A stretch of DNA of 55,854 bases from Desulfobacteraceae bacterium (GTDB taxonomy: Bacteria; Desulfobacterota; Desulfobacteria; Desulfobacterales; SKZT01), in NCBI GenBank assembly GCA_007127235.1, contig SKZT01000106.1:1-55854 (forward strand), written 5' to 3'. A model generated the notes under the pieces. The model searched no databases. It was not told where the DNA came from and saw only the letters and a list, made by a program, of their open reading frames with translations. This document shows, piece by piece, positions 18,068 to 28,285 of this stretch (position 1 is its first letter; every line of letters starts with the position of its first letter). Both the position numbers and the translations under genes were made by a program.

Positions 18068-19006
18068 TTAAATCGAAAAAACACAACAATATTTATAAAA
18101 ATCTTGATTTTTTTCAAGGTTTAAAACAGCAAGAAGCTCGCCATAAGAATTGACAACTTTGATATAATTTCCAACAGGTTGTTTTTCCCTTTGGGCCATC
18201 CCGGTAAAGCTTTTAACATGAATTTTTTTTCCGTCCAGAATACTTTTTGCCATGGTTTTATCAACAATGATTTCCGGCAAATTTTTTAAAGCTTTCCTCA
18301 TGGTAATTAAGTAATTGTAAACCCCTTGTGGTGTATCGCCTCCCCCAATCTCAGCCATTTTTTCCAATTTTTGAAGGGATATGGCCTCTTCGATTTTGAA
18401 GCCTGCATTTTCAGTCCTTTTAAGGGTTGTCAGGTGTCCGCCACAGTCAAGGATTTTTCCGATATCGGAAACAAGGGTCCGGATGTAGGTACCACCTGAA
18501 CAGTTTACCCGGAACTCGATTTCCGGAAGACGAATATCCAAAACAGTAAGCTCATGAATGTGAACCGTTCTGGGGGGTTTTTGAACCGGTTTTCCCATGC
18601 GGGCCAGCCGATATAAAGGGGTTCCATGATGTTTGAGAGCCGAAAATACAGGCGGAGCTTGCCGAATGGTTCCTTTGAATTTTTCAAAAGCGCGGATAAT
18701 CTCCTTTTCAGTGATACTCATGGGATCACCAGTTGCGGTAATGTGGCCTGTTAAATCCTGAGTGTCTGTTTCTATGCCCAACTTCATTATTCCTGTGTAG
18801 GTCTTTTCTTCGTGTAAAAAGAACCTTGCAAGTTTCGTCGCTTTGCCCAAACATAGCAGCATAACACCTGTGGCAAAAGGGTCAAGTGTGCCGGTATGTC
18901 CTGCCTTTTTTACCCTGAGCAGTTTTTTTACTATTGCTGTCAGCCTGGCCGAGGTCATTTCCGGAGGTTTGTCGATCACAAGTAGCCCATTGATTTCTCT
19001 GTGCAT
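18068..19006 (-). CDS. truB: tRNA pseudouridine(55) synthase
   Basis: GLLVIDKP...HTGTLDPFATGVMLLCLGKATK, containing the catalytic Asp motif. Confidence 0.95.
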   Translation of the reverse strand: MHREINGLLVIDKPPEMTSARLTAIVKKLLRVKKAGHTGTLDPFATGVMLLCLGKATKLARFFLHEEKTYTGIMKLGIETDTQDLTGHITATGDPMSITEKEIIRAFEKFKGTIRQAPPVFSALKHHGTPLYRLARMGKPVQKPPRTVHIHELTVLDIRLPEIEFRVNCSGGTYIRTLVSDIGKILDCGGHLTTLKRTENAGFKIEEAISLQKLEKMAEIGGGDTPQGVYNYLITMRKALKNLPEIIVDKTMAKSILDGKKIHVKSFTGMAQREKQPVGNYIKVVNSYGELLAVLNLEKNQDFYKYCCVFSI

Positions 19007-19013
19007 GGAATTG

Positions 19014-19988
19014 TTAAAGCGCTTCTGCCAGTTTGAAAATGGACTTTTTCAAATGGGGCAGCCGGGACTCGGTGCAAAATCCGGCTGCAGTCACATGTCC
19101 ACCACCACCGAAAGATATGGCAATATTGGCCACATCTATGGAACCGTCACTTCTCAGGCTTACATGATATCTACCTTTTTCTCCCGTGGGAGGATGACCC
19201 TTTTGGTACTCCTGAATTAGCACGGCCAATTTGATATTTTTAATCCGCCGTGCATAATTTATCATACCGTCGATATCCTCGTTTTGCGTGCCGGTCTCCT
19301 TTAACATCTTATGGGTAAGTGTCATTAAAGATAATTTGCCGTTTTTGGAAATTTCCAGGGAGTCCAATGCCAGGTTCAGCAATTTAATTCTGGCAAGGGA
19401 ATATTGGCCGTAAACATGTTTTGCGACATCATGGGGATCGACACCTGCTTTTACCAGTTTCTGGCAAATTTCAAAAGCTGCATGGTTGGTGTTGGTAAGC
19501 CTGAAAGAACCGGTATCCGTTAGAATACCGGTGTAAAGGCAGCGGGCTATGGGCTGGTTTATGGTGACTCCTATTTCATTTATCAGATAATAGATGATTT
19601 CCGCTGTAGCACAAGCCTTTGTGTAGACATAATTGATGTGGCCGAAATAGGTATTGGTAGAGTGGTGATCAATATTGATAATAACAGGAATTTGCCGCAC
19701 CCATTGGGCTTCCTTTCCGATCCGCTCTAATTCTCCACAGTCCAAAATAATGGCCGTTTCATATTTTCGGTGATCTCCAAGGATCCTGCATACCCGGTGA
19801 GACCATGGTAAAAAACGATAAAGGGGGGGAATGGGACTTTGACAGAAAAGTTTAGCCTCAATTTTTAATTTCTCAAGAGCCAGTCCCATGGCAAGTAAAG
19901 AACCTATAGCGTCACCGTCAGGGTTGACATGGGTTGCAAGCAGTACGTTTTGGTTATTATTCAACCTGGAAATGATCTGATCCATCAT
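19014..19988 (-). CDS. nrnA: DHH/DHHA1 phosphoesterase (NrnA-like oligoribonuclease / pAp phosphatase)
   Basis: DGDAIGS, DHH and GGGH motifs. It lies between rbfA and truB, which is conserved synteny. Confidence 0.85.
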   Translation of the reverse strand: MMDQIISRLNNNQNVLLATHVNPDGDAIGSLLAMGLALEKLKIEAKLFCQSPIPPLYRFLPWSHRVCRILGDHRKYETAIILDCGELERIGKEAQWVRQIPVIINIDHHSTNTYFGHINYVYTKACATAEIIYYLINEIGVTINQPIARCLYTGILTDTGSFRLTNTNHAAFEICQKLVKAGVDPHDVAKHVYGQYSLARIKLLNLALDSLEISKNGKLSLMTLTHKMLKETGTQNEDIDGMINYARRIKNIKLAVLIQEYQKGHPPTGEKGRYHVSLRSDGSIDVANIAISFGGGGHVTAAGFCTESRLPHLKKSIFKLAEAL

Positions 19989-20331
19989 TGGTTTTAGTTA
20001 ATTTCAATAATTCTTCAATGCGTGAACCGTAATCGAAGGAGTTGTCATAAAAGAAACTCAGTTTCGGCATATATCTCAATGTTAGTTCTTGTCCCAATAT
20101 TCGCTTTAAAAAGCCGGTGGCCTGGCCAAAGCCATCCTTTGCCTGTTTAATGCGCTCCTTATTTCCGGACAATACGAAGTAAACTTTTGCCTCTTTTAAA
20201 TCCGGAGACATTTTTACCTCGGTGATAACCACGGTCTTTATCCGGGGATCTTTTATCGTTTTTATGAGGGTTTCCCCTATGATTTGCCGGATCAGTTCAC
20301 CGACTCTGTCTGCACGGGAGTAGGGTCTCAT
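19957..20331 (-). CDS. rbfA: Ribosome-binding factor A
   Basis: RADRVGELIRQ...DPRIKTVVITEVKMSPDLKEAKVYF. Confidence 0.9.
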   Translation of the reverse strand: MRPYSRADRVGELIRQIIGETLIKTIKDPRIKTVVITEVKMSPDLKEAKVYFVLSGNKERIKQAKDGFGQATGFLKRILGQELTLRYMPKLSFFYDNSFDYGSRIEELLKLTKTNDGSDHFQVE

Positions 20332-20615
20332 ATATTAAAAATCTCCATTTCGGTATTAATGATATCGGCCAAACCCAATTTTTCAGTCATATTGAATATT
20401 TTGTCGATTTTGGCATTGACTACCTTACGATCATTACCCACTATTGAAAAGCCGATTTCAGCTCGTTGGTGAACATCATTGAGCCCGGTTTCCGCAATCG
20501 ATGCGTTAAAGTTATTGCGAAGTCTTGCAATGATTGCCTTGATAACTTTTCTTTTTTCTTTCAGGCTATGGCATTCGTGGAGCCTGAATGTAATAATGCC
20601 GATACCAACCACCAT
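20328..20615 (-). CDS. DUF503 (YlxP-like) protein
   Basis: 95 aa with HSLKEKR, lying between infB and rbfA as in many bacteria. Confidence 0.8.
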   Translation of the reverse strand: MVVGIGIITFRLHECHSLKEKRKVIKAIIARLRNNFNASIAETGLNDVHQRAEIGFSIVGNDRKVVNAKIDKIFNMTEKLGLADIINTEMEIFNI

Positions 20616-20619
20616 ATTT

Positions 20620-23600
20620 TTACTTTATTTCAGGTCTGATTTCCTCCATGTAATAACATTCGAGGATATCACCTACTTTTATGTCGTTATAGTTTTCGAT
20701 ACTGATTCCGCACTCATAACCGGTATTGACTTCCTTTTGGTCATCCTTGAAACGTTTGAGAGAACCAATTTTTCCTTCGAATATGATAACACCGTCGCGA
20801 ATCAATCTAACCTGTTTATTGCGCTCGATTTTGCCGTCCGTTACATAGCAGCCCGCAACGGTCCCGACTTTGGGCACATGGAATATTTCCCGAACTTCGG
20901 CTCTGCCCAAGGTTCTTTCTTCAAAAGTGGAATCCATCATTCCCACAATGGCATCTTTGACATCTTTTATGGCGTTATAGATGACATTGTAGAATTTCAT
21001 ATCCACGTTTTCTTCCTGAGCGTATTCAATCACCTTGGGCGATGGTCTCACATTAAATCCGATAATAATGGCGTTGGATACGGCGGCCAGGGAAACATCC
21101 GACTCGGTGATGGTCCCGGTGGCCGCATGGCCCACATTAATTTTGACCTCTTCGTTGGAAAGTTTGATCAAAGAATCTTTTAAAGCCTCGATAGAGCCAT
21201 GAACATCGGCCTTAATGATAAGGTTGAGTTCCTTGACTTCGCCTTCCTGCATTCGTTCATAAAGTTTTTCCAGGCTTAGCCGGCTGGTTTTGGCAAGTTC
21301 CACAGAGCGCTGCTTCTGGGTACGGTGCTCACTGACCTGCTTGGCATCCTTTTCATCGCTCAGAACCACCAGCTCATCTCCAGCATCAGGTACGCCGGTT
21401 AATCCCAGGATTTCCACAGGTGTAGACGGTCCGGCGGAATCTACGAGCTGGCCCCGATCATTGAGCATGGCCCGGATTTTTCCATAATGAACGCCGCACA
21501 CTATTGGTTCACCTGCATGCAAGGTACCTTCTTTGACCAACACCGTGGCTACGGGTCCTCTTCCGGAATCGAGCTTGGCTTCGATAACATTTCCGGTAGC
21601 CAGCTTATCGGGATTGGCGCGAAGCTCAAGCATTTCAGTTTGAAGTAGAATCATTTCCAGGAGGTCATCAATTCCAATATTTTCCTTGGCGGAAACCTGC
21701 ACATAAATGGTATCCCCCCCCCATTCTTCGGGAACCAGGTCCAGTTCTGCCAGTTGGCGTTTCACACGATCAGGTTCCGCATTGTTTTTGTCGATTTTGT
21801 TGACAGCAACAATAATGGGGACCTGGGATGCTTTGGCATGGTTGATCGCTTCGATTGTTTGCGGCATAACTCCGTCATCGGCAGCCACTACCAAAATGAC
21901 AATATCCGTTACTTTCGCTCCCCTGGATCTCATAGCCGTAAAGGCCTCATGGCCGGGGGTGTCGAGAAAAACAATCTGTCCTCTTTCTGTATTAACCTGA
22001 TAAGCCCCAATATGCTGGGTGATTCCGCCGGCTTCAAGTTCTGTGATGCGGGTTTTTCGGATGACATCCAGAAGTGATGTCTTCCCATGATCCACATGCC
22101 CCATGATGGTAACCACCGGAGGTCTCCAAGCCATTTGCCCAGAGTCATCCTGTTGAACTTTCAAAATGGCTTCTTCCTCAAATGATGCTTTTTCAACTTC
22201 GTAGCCGAATTCAGCCGCAACAAGTGCGGCCGTATCAAAGTCGATGGTCTGATTGACGGTGGCCATAATCCCCAATCCCATGAGTTTTGCAATCATTTCA
22301 CTGGCTTTGATACTCATGCGTTTAGCCAGCTCGGAAAGCACGATAGCCTCATCGATTTTAATTCTGCGCTTAATGGCTTTGGGAGTGGTGATCTGGGTTT
22401 TTTGCCCTTTAACAGCCTTTGCTTTGACACCCTTTTTACCTTTTCGAGCCCGTTTGTTGGTCTCGTATAGGTCAGCACCTTCCACCACTTCTTTCCGCTG
22501 AAAAGCAGCTTTCTTTTTGAAGATTTTTTTCTCCGGTTCCTCAGCCGCTATTTGCTTGGCTCGTTTCTTCTTTTTGTATTCTTTTACCTCGGTTTCGGGT
22601 GCTGGTTCAGGGGCGGGAGGTTCAGGAATCACCTGCTCATCCCGAGCCGCAATTTCAATCTCTTCCTTTTCAGGCGTCAGCTCCTTTTCAACCGGTTTTT
22701 TGGGTAATTGAATAATTTTCGCCGGGGTTTCTTTTTTAACTTTTTTCTTCTTGGGCGGTTTCTGTTTTGGTTTGGTTTTAACCGGCTTTTCCTCCACAGC
22801 AGGAGTTTTAGGCTTTTGTGCTGTTGAAACTTTCAGATCTGCCTGCTTGGTTTCCAGGTGCCTCTTTTGTTCCGGTGCGGTGGTCACCTCTGTTTTTTCT
22901 TCTATTTCATAAGCGGCTTCAGGCTCAATTTCAGCACTATATTGCTCATCCGTTTTGGACTCGGGGGTGATTTCTGCCGGCTCCGGTTTTTCTTCTGGAG
23001 ACAAATCCTGCTTTTCCTCAATTATTTGGGGTTCCTGAGTTGCTTCCGGCGGTTTTGCCGGTTCCGGTTTACTGATAATTCTGGCTGTAAATTCGCCCTT
23101 TTTTTTCTTCTTGGATGGTTTACCGGAAATAGCTTCCGGAACATCATCTTTTTTAAGAGCTTCGGGTTTTTGAGCATCTTCAGAGGCTTCAGTTTTTCTG
23201 GAACTCTCTGCCGGAGCTAAGGCTTCATCCTCCTTTAGCTTTTCCGTTTGTTTTTCATCCTCCCGAGCTTTGGTTTCTTTTAGTGCCAGTGTCTCTTGGG
23301 AATCTGCCGGTTGTTCTGCAGGCAATTGTTTTTCACCCGCTTCCCGGGTTTCGGAAACAGGAATCTCATGCTCATCCAGGGGCTTTTCTGGCAATACTTT
23401 TTCATCAGCAACTATAACTTCCTGACCTTCTTCGGATACCACCTCTGCCTTAGGCTGTTTTGCCGGCTCTGTTTTTTCAACCTTTTTTCTTCTCCGGATC
23501 ACCGTTGGCTTCACGCGAGTCACTTCAACGGCACCTGAATTTTTTTTGGCATAGATATTTTCTTTTATTTCGGCAACAGTATCGTCATCCAAAGAACTCA

Positions 23601-23703
23601 TATGGCTCCTCACCGTAAGATTCATTTCTTCAAGTTTATCTAGGAGCTCTTTGTTCTTCATGTTCAGATTCCTGGCAAGTTCATAAACTCTGATCTTTGC
23701 CAT
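20620..23703 (-). CDS. infB: Translation initiation factor IF-2
   Basis: GTPase motifs [14 protein letters not shown] and NKID. The N-terminus [10 protein letters not shown] is conserved. The N-terminal half is long and low-complexity. Confidence 0.97.
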   Translation of the reverse strand: MAKIRVYELARNLNMKNKELLDKLEEMNLTVRSHMSSLDDDTVAEIKENIYAKKNSGAVEVTRVKPTVIRRRKKVEKTEPAKQPKAEVVSEEGQEVIVADEKVLPEKPLDEHEIPVSETREAGEKQLPAEQPADSQETLALKETKAREDEKQTEKLKEDEALAPAESSRKTEASEDAQKPEALKKDDVPEAISGKPSKKKKKGEFTARIISKPEPAKPPEATQEPQIIEEKQDLSPEEKPEPAEITPESKTDEQYSAEIEPEAAYEIEEKTEVTTAPEQKRHLETKQADLKVSTAQKPKTPAVEEKPVKTKPKQKPPKKKKVKKETPAKIIQLPKKPVEKELTPEKEEIEIAARDEQVIPEPPAPEPAPETEVKEYKKKKRAKQIAAEEPEKKIFKKKAAFQRKEVVEGADLYETNKRARKGKKGVKAKAVKGQKTQITTPKAIKRRIKIDEAIVLSELAKRMSIKASEMIAKLMGLGIMATVNQTIDFDTAALVAAEFGYEVEKASFEEEAILKVQQDDSGQMAWRPPVVTIMGHVDHGKTSLLDVIRKTRITELEAGGITQHIGAYQVNTERGQIVFLDTPGHEAFTAMRSRGAKVTDIVILVVAADDGVMPQTIEAINHAKASQVPIIVAVNKIDKNNAEPDRVKRQLAELDLVPEEWGGDTIYVQVSAKENIGIDDLLEMILLQTEMLELRANPDKLATGNVIEAKLDSGRGPVATVLVKEGTLHAGEPIVCGVHYGKIRAMLNDRGQLVDSAGPSTPVEILGLTGVPDAGDELVVLSDEKDAKQVSEHRTQKQRSVELAKTSRLSLEKLYERMQEGEVKELNLIIKADVHGSIEALKDSLIKLSNEEVKINVGHAATGTITESDVSLAAVSNAIIIGFNVRPSPKVIEYAQEENVDMKFYNVIYNAIKDVKDAIVGMMDSTFEERTLGRAEVREIFHVPKVGTVAGCYVTDGKIERNKQVRLIRDGVIIFEGKIGSLKRFKDDQKEVNTGYECGISIENYNDIKVGDILECYYMEEIRPEIK

Positions 23704-23741
23704 TCAACCCCCTTAGCTTCATAATTTTAGAACAAGCGAGC

Positions 23742-25226
23742 TTATATTTCGTTGTCCTCAATTTTTTTCGGTTCTTCACCAGAGCTGTTAACTGGTGAGT
23801 CTTTGTTTACATCTGAATTTTTTTGATCCGAAACCGATTTTGTATCAGACCCACTGTCTTGCAGATCATTTTCGGATTTTACTTCAATAACTTCTTTAAA
23901 GGTTTCGGAATCATCCTGGTTACTCTCAGCATTATCAGGACCATCATTAATTCCAAAGTTTTGCTGGTCTTCGGTTTCTGTCTGAGGCGTAATATTCAAA
24001 AATTGCCTGGCCGCCTCCAAAATACTTATGGCTTCGTCTTCCTCAATACCTGCAACCTGATTTAAATCCTTTATGGAGGTCTTTGCCAGTTCTTCTACGG
24101 AGTCAAGCCCCATCTCGTAGAGCATTTCAGCTGTTTTAGGGCTGATTCCGGGAAGCGAGGCCAAATCGTCATAGCTTTTTTTCATGGCCTCATTATACTT
24201 CTTTTCACTGATAACATCCAGACGCCATCCGGTCAGCTTGGACGCCAGACGAACGTTCTGGCCGCGTTTCCCTATGGCCAGGGAAAGGGAGTCCTCCGGA
24301 ACAATGACCTCCATGGATTTGTTGTCCTCATCGATGATCACCCTTGTTATTACAGCCGGAGCCAAAGCGTTGCATACGAACTTGGCGGTATCCACATGCC
24401 ATGGAATAATGTCAATTTTTTCACCCTTTAACTCTTGCACCACATTTTGAACCCGGCTTCCTTTCATGCCCACGCATGCGCCTACCGGATCGATATCAGA
24501 ATCAGTCGAGGCCACAGCAATTTTTGCTCTGCTGCCCGGCTCACGGGCAGCTGCCATAATGGTTACAATACCCTCACTGATTTCGGGAACTTCCGTTTTA
24601 AAGAGGTTTATCAGAAAGGATTTATGTGTTCTTGACAATACAATCTGGGGACCTTTTCCCTCATATTTAACCTCCAGGATCTGGCAGCGGATCCTGTCTC
24701 CCCGTCGGTAGTTCTCACGAGCTACCTGCTCCCTCACCGGAACCACCGCTTCGGTTTGTCCGAGGTTAACGATGATATCTCCCTTTTCGAAACGTTGCAC
24801 AATACCGTGTATGATTTCACCTTTACGGTCGATATAATTTGCGTAGACTGCATCCCGTTCAGCATCTTTCATTTTTTGAATAATGACCTGTTTTGCCGAT
24901 TGCGCTGCAATTCTCCCAAATGAAGTGGTATCCATTTTTATGCCGAGGCTGTCACCTATTTCGCACTCAGGATCAAGCTGGCGGCCTTCTTCGATACTCA
25001 TTTGAAAATCCGGCTCCGTGATTTGTTCCACAACCTCCTTGAACTGAAAGACTTCAATTTCTCCGACTTCATCGTTAAAATGAACCTCGATATCTATTTT
25101 ATTGCCGAACTTCTTTTTAGCAGCAGACTTTAAAGCTTCTTCGAGGGCCTTAATAAGTATGTCGCGATCAATTCCCTTGTCCCGACTTACTTGATCCACG
25201 ACACGTTTGATATCACCTACGAACAT
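23742..25226 (-). CDS. nusA: Transcription termination/antitermination factor NusA
   Basis: S1, KH1 and KH2 (PVGACVGMKGSRVQ; LAIGKRGQNVRLA) plus a helix-hairpin-helix region, followed by an acidic, serine-rich tail. Confidence 0.97.
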   Translation of the reverse strand: MFVGDIKRVVDQVSRDKGIDRDILIKALEEALKSAAKKKFGNKIDIEVHFNDEVGEIEVFQFKEVVEQITEPDFQMSIEEGRQLDPECEIGDSLGIKMDTTSFGRIAAQSAKQVIIQKMKDAERDAVYANYIDRKGEIIHGIVQRFEKGDIIVNLGQTEAVVPVREQVARENYRRGDRIRCQILEVKYEGKGPQIVLSRTHKSFLINLFKTEVPEISEGIVTIMAAAREPGSRAKIAVASTDSDIDPVGACVGMKGSRVQNVVQELKGEKIDIIPWHVDTAKFVCNALAPAVITRVIIDEDNKSMEVIVPEDSLSLAIGKRGQNVRLASKLTGWRLDVISEKKYNEAMKKSYDDLASLPGISPKTAEMLYEMGLDSVEELAKTSIKDLNQVAGIEEDEAISILEAARQFLNITPQTETEDQQNFGINDGPDNAESNQDDSETFKEVIEVKSENDLQDSGSDTKSVSDQKNSDVNKDSPVNSSGEEPKKIEDNEI

Positions 25227-25804
25227 GAGGTTTCTCCACTGAAATCGACTAATCGGGCCTTGACAATGTCTGCGAAAGGAATTTCCACAATTTTATTGTC
25301 AGGAGCCTGAAGTTTTATATTTTTATCCAAAACTCCCAAAAGGATGCCCTTGAAGTTTTTTTGCCCATCGATGGCCCGCGCTGATTTTATTTTAACCATA
25401 TTTCCTTTGAATCTTTCAAAATCCTGTAGACGTCCCAAAGGACGATCCGTACCTGGAGATGAAACTTCCAGATTGTAGGGGTTTTCGTTATTCAGATAAA
25501 TATCCAGAACATCATTGAGCTGGCGGCTGATATATACGCAATCATTTAAACCGACGCCACCGGGTTTATCTATGTAAACCCTGAGTATCCTTCCTCCAGG
25601 TTCTCTCTGGTATTGAACATAAACCAGTTCCATTTGTTCCGCTTCACAAATGGTTCCTGCAAGCTCCCACACTTTTTCCACAATCCGTTTTTCATGTTCC
25701 TGATTCAGCCTGGATTGTACGTGACTTTTTTTGCCTTGATCAACGTTTCCAACACTGCCGGATGTTTGTTTCTTAAACTTTCTTTTTTTGTGTTTTTTGG
25801 TCAT
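25217..25804 (-). CDS. rimP: Ribosome maturation factor RimP; start uncertain because of an unusual Lys-rich extension of about 40 aa
   Basis: The core (LVYVQYQREPGGRILRVYIDKPGGV...EVSSPG) is RimP-like. The annotated ATG directly abuts a terminator U-tract and has no Shine-Dalgarno. Confidence 0.85.
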   Translation of the reverse strand: MTKKHKKRKFKKQTSGSVGNVDQGKKSHVQSRLNQEHEKRIVEKVWELAGTICEAEQMELVYVQYQREPGGRILRVYIDKPGGVGLNDCVYISRQLNDVLDIYLNNENPYNLEVSSPGTDRPLGRLQDFERFKGNMVKIKSARAIDGQKNFKGILLGVLDKNIKLQAPDNKIVEIPFADIVKARLVDFSGETSCS

Positions 25805-25836
25805 AAAAAAACAAAAAAACGGGCTTTCGCCCGCTT
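25805..25836 (-). terminator. Rho-independent terminator/attenuator between tRNA-Gly and rimP
   Basis: On the minus strand: GCGGGC-GAAA-GCCCGT (GNRA tetraloop) followed by TTTTTTGTTTTTTT. Confidence 0.6.
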
Positions 25837-25982
25837 CATGAAAAAAACAGATAGACCTTTTGCAGAAACTGTAATTCTATTGAATCATCTTAATATTAAC
25901 CACAAAAAAATCCAATCATTCACTGACTCAACAAAAGTCCTATCCCAATGGGCCCTTCCTTCCATAGGGGCGATCATCCAAC

Positions 25983-26058
25983 TGGAGCGGGCAACGAGAT
26001 TCGAACTCGCGACACCAAGCTTGGGAAGCTTGTACTCTACCAGCTGAGCTATGCCCGC
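25983..26058 (-). tRNA. tRNA-Gly (anticodon CCC), CCA encoded
   Basis: The reverse complement reads GCGGGCATAGCTCAGCTGGTAGAGTACAAGCTTCCCAAGCTTGGTGTCGCGAGTTCGAATCTCGTTGCCCGCTCCA. It has a 7-bp acceptor stem, the D-loop AGCTCAGCTGGTAGAGT, anticodon stem-loop CAAGC-TTCCCAA-GCTTG and the T-arm GGTTCGAATC-type sequence. Confidence 0.9.
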
Positions 26059-26073
26059 TCTTCAAAAAAACTA

Positions 26074-26102
26074 AAAATATTACAAATTAAAGTATTTGTC
26101 AA
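26074..26102 (-). promoter_or_regulatory. Candidate sigma-70 promoter for tRNA-Gly
   Basis: On the minus strand: TTGACA (26102-26097), a 17-nt spacer, then TATTTT (26079-26074), about 15 nt before the tRNA 5' end. Confidence 0.35.
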
Positions 26103-26154
26103 TATTATTCAGCAATTTCAAAGGACGTTCTTCTTTTTTTATTGCTCATTGTTT

Positions 26155-27504
26155 TTACTTTTTTAATTCCTGCCAATTTTGATAAATTTTCGATACATTG
26201 TCAACCACATCAATGGGATTTTTTCCTATAACGCGGATCATAGGTTCTTTGCCTATCTCTCCAATGTCATAAATACAGTGGGGGTTATGGGTTAGTGTTT
26301 TGATAGCTTCGGCGGTTCCCCATTCCAGTGTGGAACCTTCCCTTTCCTTGATTTTAGGGGGTTCGGTTCCCCTGTTGAAAGATGCTGTCCGAAGCCCTGC
26401 TTTGTGGCAGGCGTTGATAATGGAGGGCGTATAACGGATGTTCATGGCCGAGCGTATATCCGGGAATTTTGCCATAACGGCCAAAACAACCCGGGCAACG
26501 TGACGGCTTGCTCCGAAATCCGGTTCGCGGCAATAGAGGATATGGTCTCCGACATTGGTAATTCGTCCGGGGATTGCAGCTACATCGTCATAACCGGTGG
26601 CACTGGTGCAGGCATATGCGAGGTTGGACCGGCATTCAGGTATGATTTTTCCCGCATTGAGAGAGGATAGCCGGTGCAGGGCTTTTTTCAGCTCATTTAG
26701 AATGTCTTCCCGCTCAATCTTTGCAGCGACATGTGAATAGGGATTTGTGGGACCCTGGCCGCTACCAATGGCAATGCCCGATAAAATGGCTTTGGTAATA
26801 AAAGTTTTGGCATGGGCTATGGCTTGTTGGATAGGCATTCCCTGTGCGAGAAAAGTTGTCAGGGCAGCGGAAAAGGTGCACCCGGTGCCGTGGGTGTTTT
26901 GCTGTTTCAAGCGAGGTGCTCCATAGGCCTGGAATGTGCGACCGTCATATAAAATATCCACCGGTGCGCCCTTGAGATGACCTCCTTTGATTAAGACATT
27001 TTTTGGGCCAAAGTCGTAAATTTTTTTAGCTGCCGCCTTCATATGGTCGGCATCTTTGACGGTAAATCCGGAGAGAATTTCGGCTTCCGGAAGGTTGGGG
27101 GTGACCACAAAAGCCAGGGGGAGCAGCACTTTTTTGATGGTTTCCCGTGCATTTTCTGAAAGCAAGGACTGGCCGCTTTTGGCCACCATAACCGGATCAA
27201 CAACCAGAGGAGCGATTTGATGGCGGCGGATTCCATCAGCCACCTCTTCAACAATTTCCGCCGAGGCGAGCATACCGGTTTTACATGCGTCCGCGCCAAT
27301 ATCCGATAGCACCGAATCCATCTGCTGTTGAATAAAGTCTTTGGGGACAATATGCACACCTTGGACCCCCAGGGTGTTTTGGGCTGTGAGTGCAGTAACC
27401 ACACTTGTACCAAAACCTCCTAGAACCGTTATGGTTTTTAAGTCTGCCTGAATGCCGGCACCGCCTCCGGAATCTGAACCGGCGATAGTCAATATTTTTT
27501 TCAT
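26155..27504 (-). CDS. thiDN: Bifunctional HMP/HMP-P kinase ThiD fused to a ThiN-type thiamine-phosphate synthase domain (ThiDN)
   Basis: The N-terminal half is ThiD-like (IAGSDSGGGAGIQADLKT, GTGCTFSAAL). The C-terminal roughly 180 aa is ThiN-like (CRSNLAY...AIPGRI...DFGASRHVARVVL...EPMIRVIG). Confidence 0.85.
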   Translation of the reverse strand: MKKILTIAGSDSGGGAGIQADLKTITVLGGFGTSVVTALTAQNTLGVQGVHIVPKDFIQQQMDSVLSDIGADACKTGMLASAEIVEEVADGIRRHQIAPLVVDPVMVAKSGQSLLSENARETIKKVLLPLAFVVTPNLPEAEILSGFTVKDADHMKAAAKKIYDFGPKNVLIKGGHLKGAPVDILYDGRTFQAYGAPRLKQQNTHGTGCTFSAALTTFLAQGMPIQQAIAHAKTFITKAILSGIAIGSGQGPTNPYSHVAAKIEREDILNELKKALHRLSSLNAGKIIPECRSNLAYACTSATGYDDVAAIPGRITNVGDHILYCREPDFGASRHVARVVLAVMAKFPDIRSAMNIRYTPSIINACHKAGLRTASFNRGTEPPKIKEREGSTLEWGTAEAIKTLTHNPHCIYDIGEIGKEPMIRVIGKNPIDVVDNVSKIYQNWQELKK

Positions 27505-27570
27505 TTTTTTTTGCTCCTTATATTAATTTCCATAATTTCTTAAAAAAATCCGGGCGCCATTTATTTCTCT

Positions 27571-28239
27571 TTACAATCCCGTTTCCCAGTGAATAAATAT
27601 TGTCAAAATTGCAACGGATACAATCATGACAGCATAATCCAGGAATGCAAGTCGATAATCTTTTCTAAACGATCGATTTTTGCATCCGTATCCCCGAACC
27701 TCCATGGCCACGGCCAATTCGTCTGCCAGAATAAAGGACTGGACCAGAAGTGGTCCCAATAACGCCATAAAATTTTTCGTGTTTTTAACTTTCAGCCTCA
27801 AATCAATTCCCCGGGACATCTGAGCTTCGCGAATACAGCGAATTTTGTTTTGCATCAAAGGTACAAAGCGGACTGCTGTGGTGAGCAAAAAAACAAATCC
27901 GAAAGGTATTTTCATTTTTCTAAGCCCGCCTGCCAGTTCTTCAGGGGGAATATATTGAAAAATTAAAAAGGAGGATATCAAGAGATTAAACAATCGTATG
28001 GAAAGCATTAAGGCGTTATATGAATCAAAAGAAAGCCAGGAGATAATAAACACAAAAAAGATCATGGGGACAACCATTTTTAGAACATGAAAAAAGGGTT
28101 TTGCTTTTTTCAGTAAAAAAATGGCAGATAAAATTAAAGTCAATTGGGAAAAAAGACTTACGGGGCTTTTGGCTGCAAGAACGCCTGCAATGATGGCTGC
28201 CCCCAGTAATAATTTGGTTCTTGGATCAATTGGTTTCAT
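27571..28239 (-). CDS. ecfT: ECF transporter transmembrane (T) component, CbiQ/EcfT family
   Basis: 222-aa membrane protein with the EcfT-type Arg-rich coupling motifs REAQMSRG and AMEVRG. Confidence 0.85.
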   Translation of the reverse strand: MKPIDPRTKLLLGAAIIAGVLAAKSPVSLFSQLTLILSAIFLLKKAKPFFHVLKMVVPMIFFVFIISWLSFDSYNALMLSIRLFNLLISSFLIFQYIPPEELAGGLRKMKIPFGFVFLLTTAVRFVPLMQNKIRCIREAQMSRGIDLRLKVKNTKNFMALLGPLLVQSFILADELAVAMEVRGYGCKNRSFRKDYRLAFLDYAVMIVSVAILTIFIHWETGL

Positions 28240-28285
28240 TGTCTATTAAGGCAGTTTTGTTGGTCATCTGTTTCTGATTCTCAAT

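Noticed and set aside
20479-21183. 234-aa plus-strand ORF antisense to the infB 3' end and DUF503
   Set aside because: It overlaps highly conserved IF-2 C-terminal coding sequence, and its own translation has no motifs.
22500-23540. Repetitive-looking DNA that might be a tandem repeat or array
   Set aside because: It is the in-frame low-complexity E/K/P-rich N-terminal region of IF-2. It has no regular repeat-spacer periodicity.
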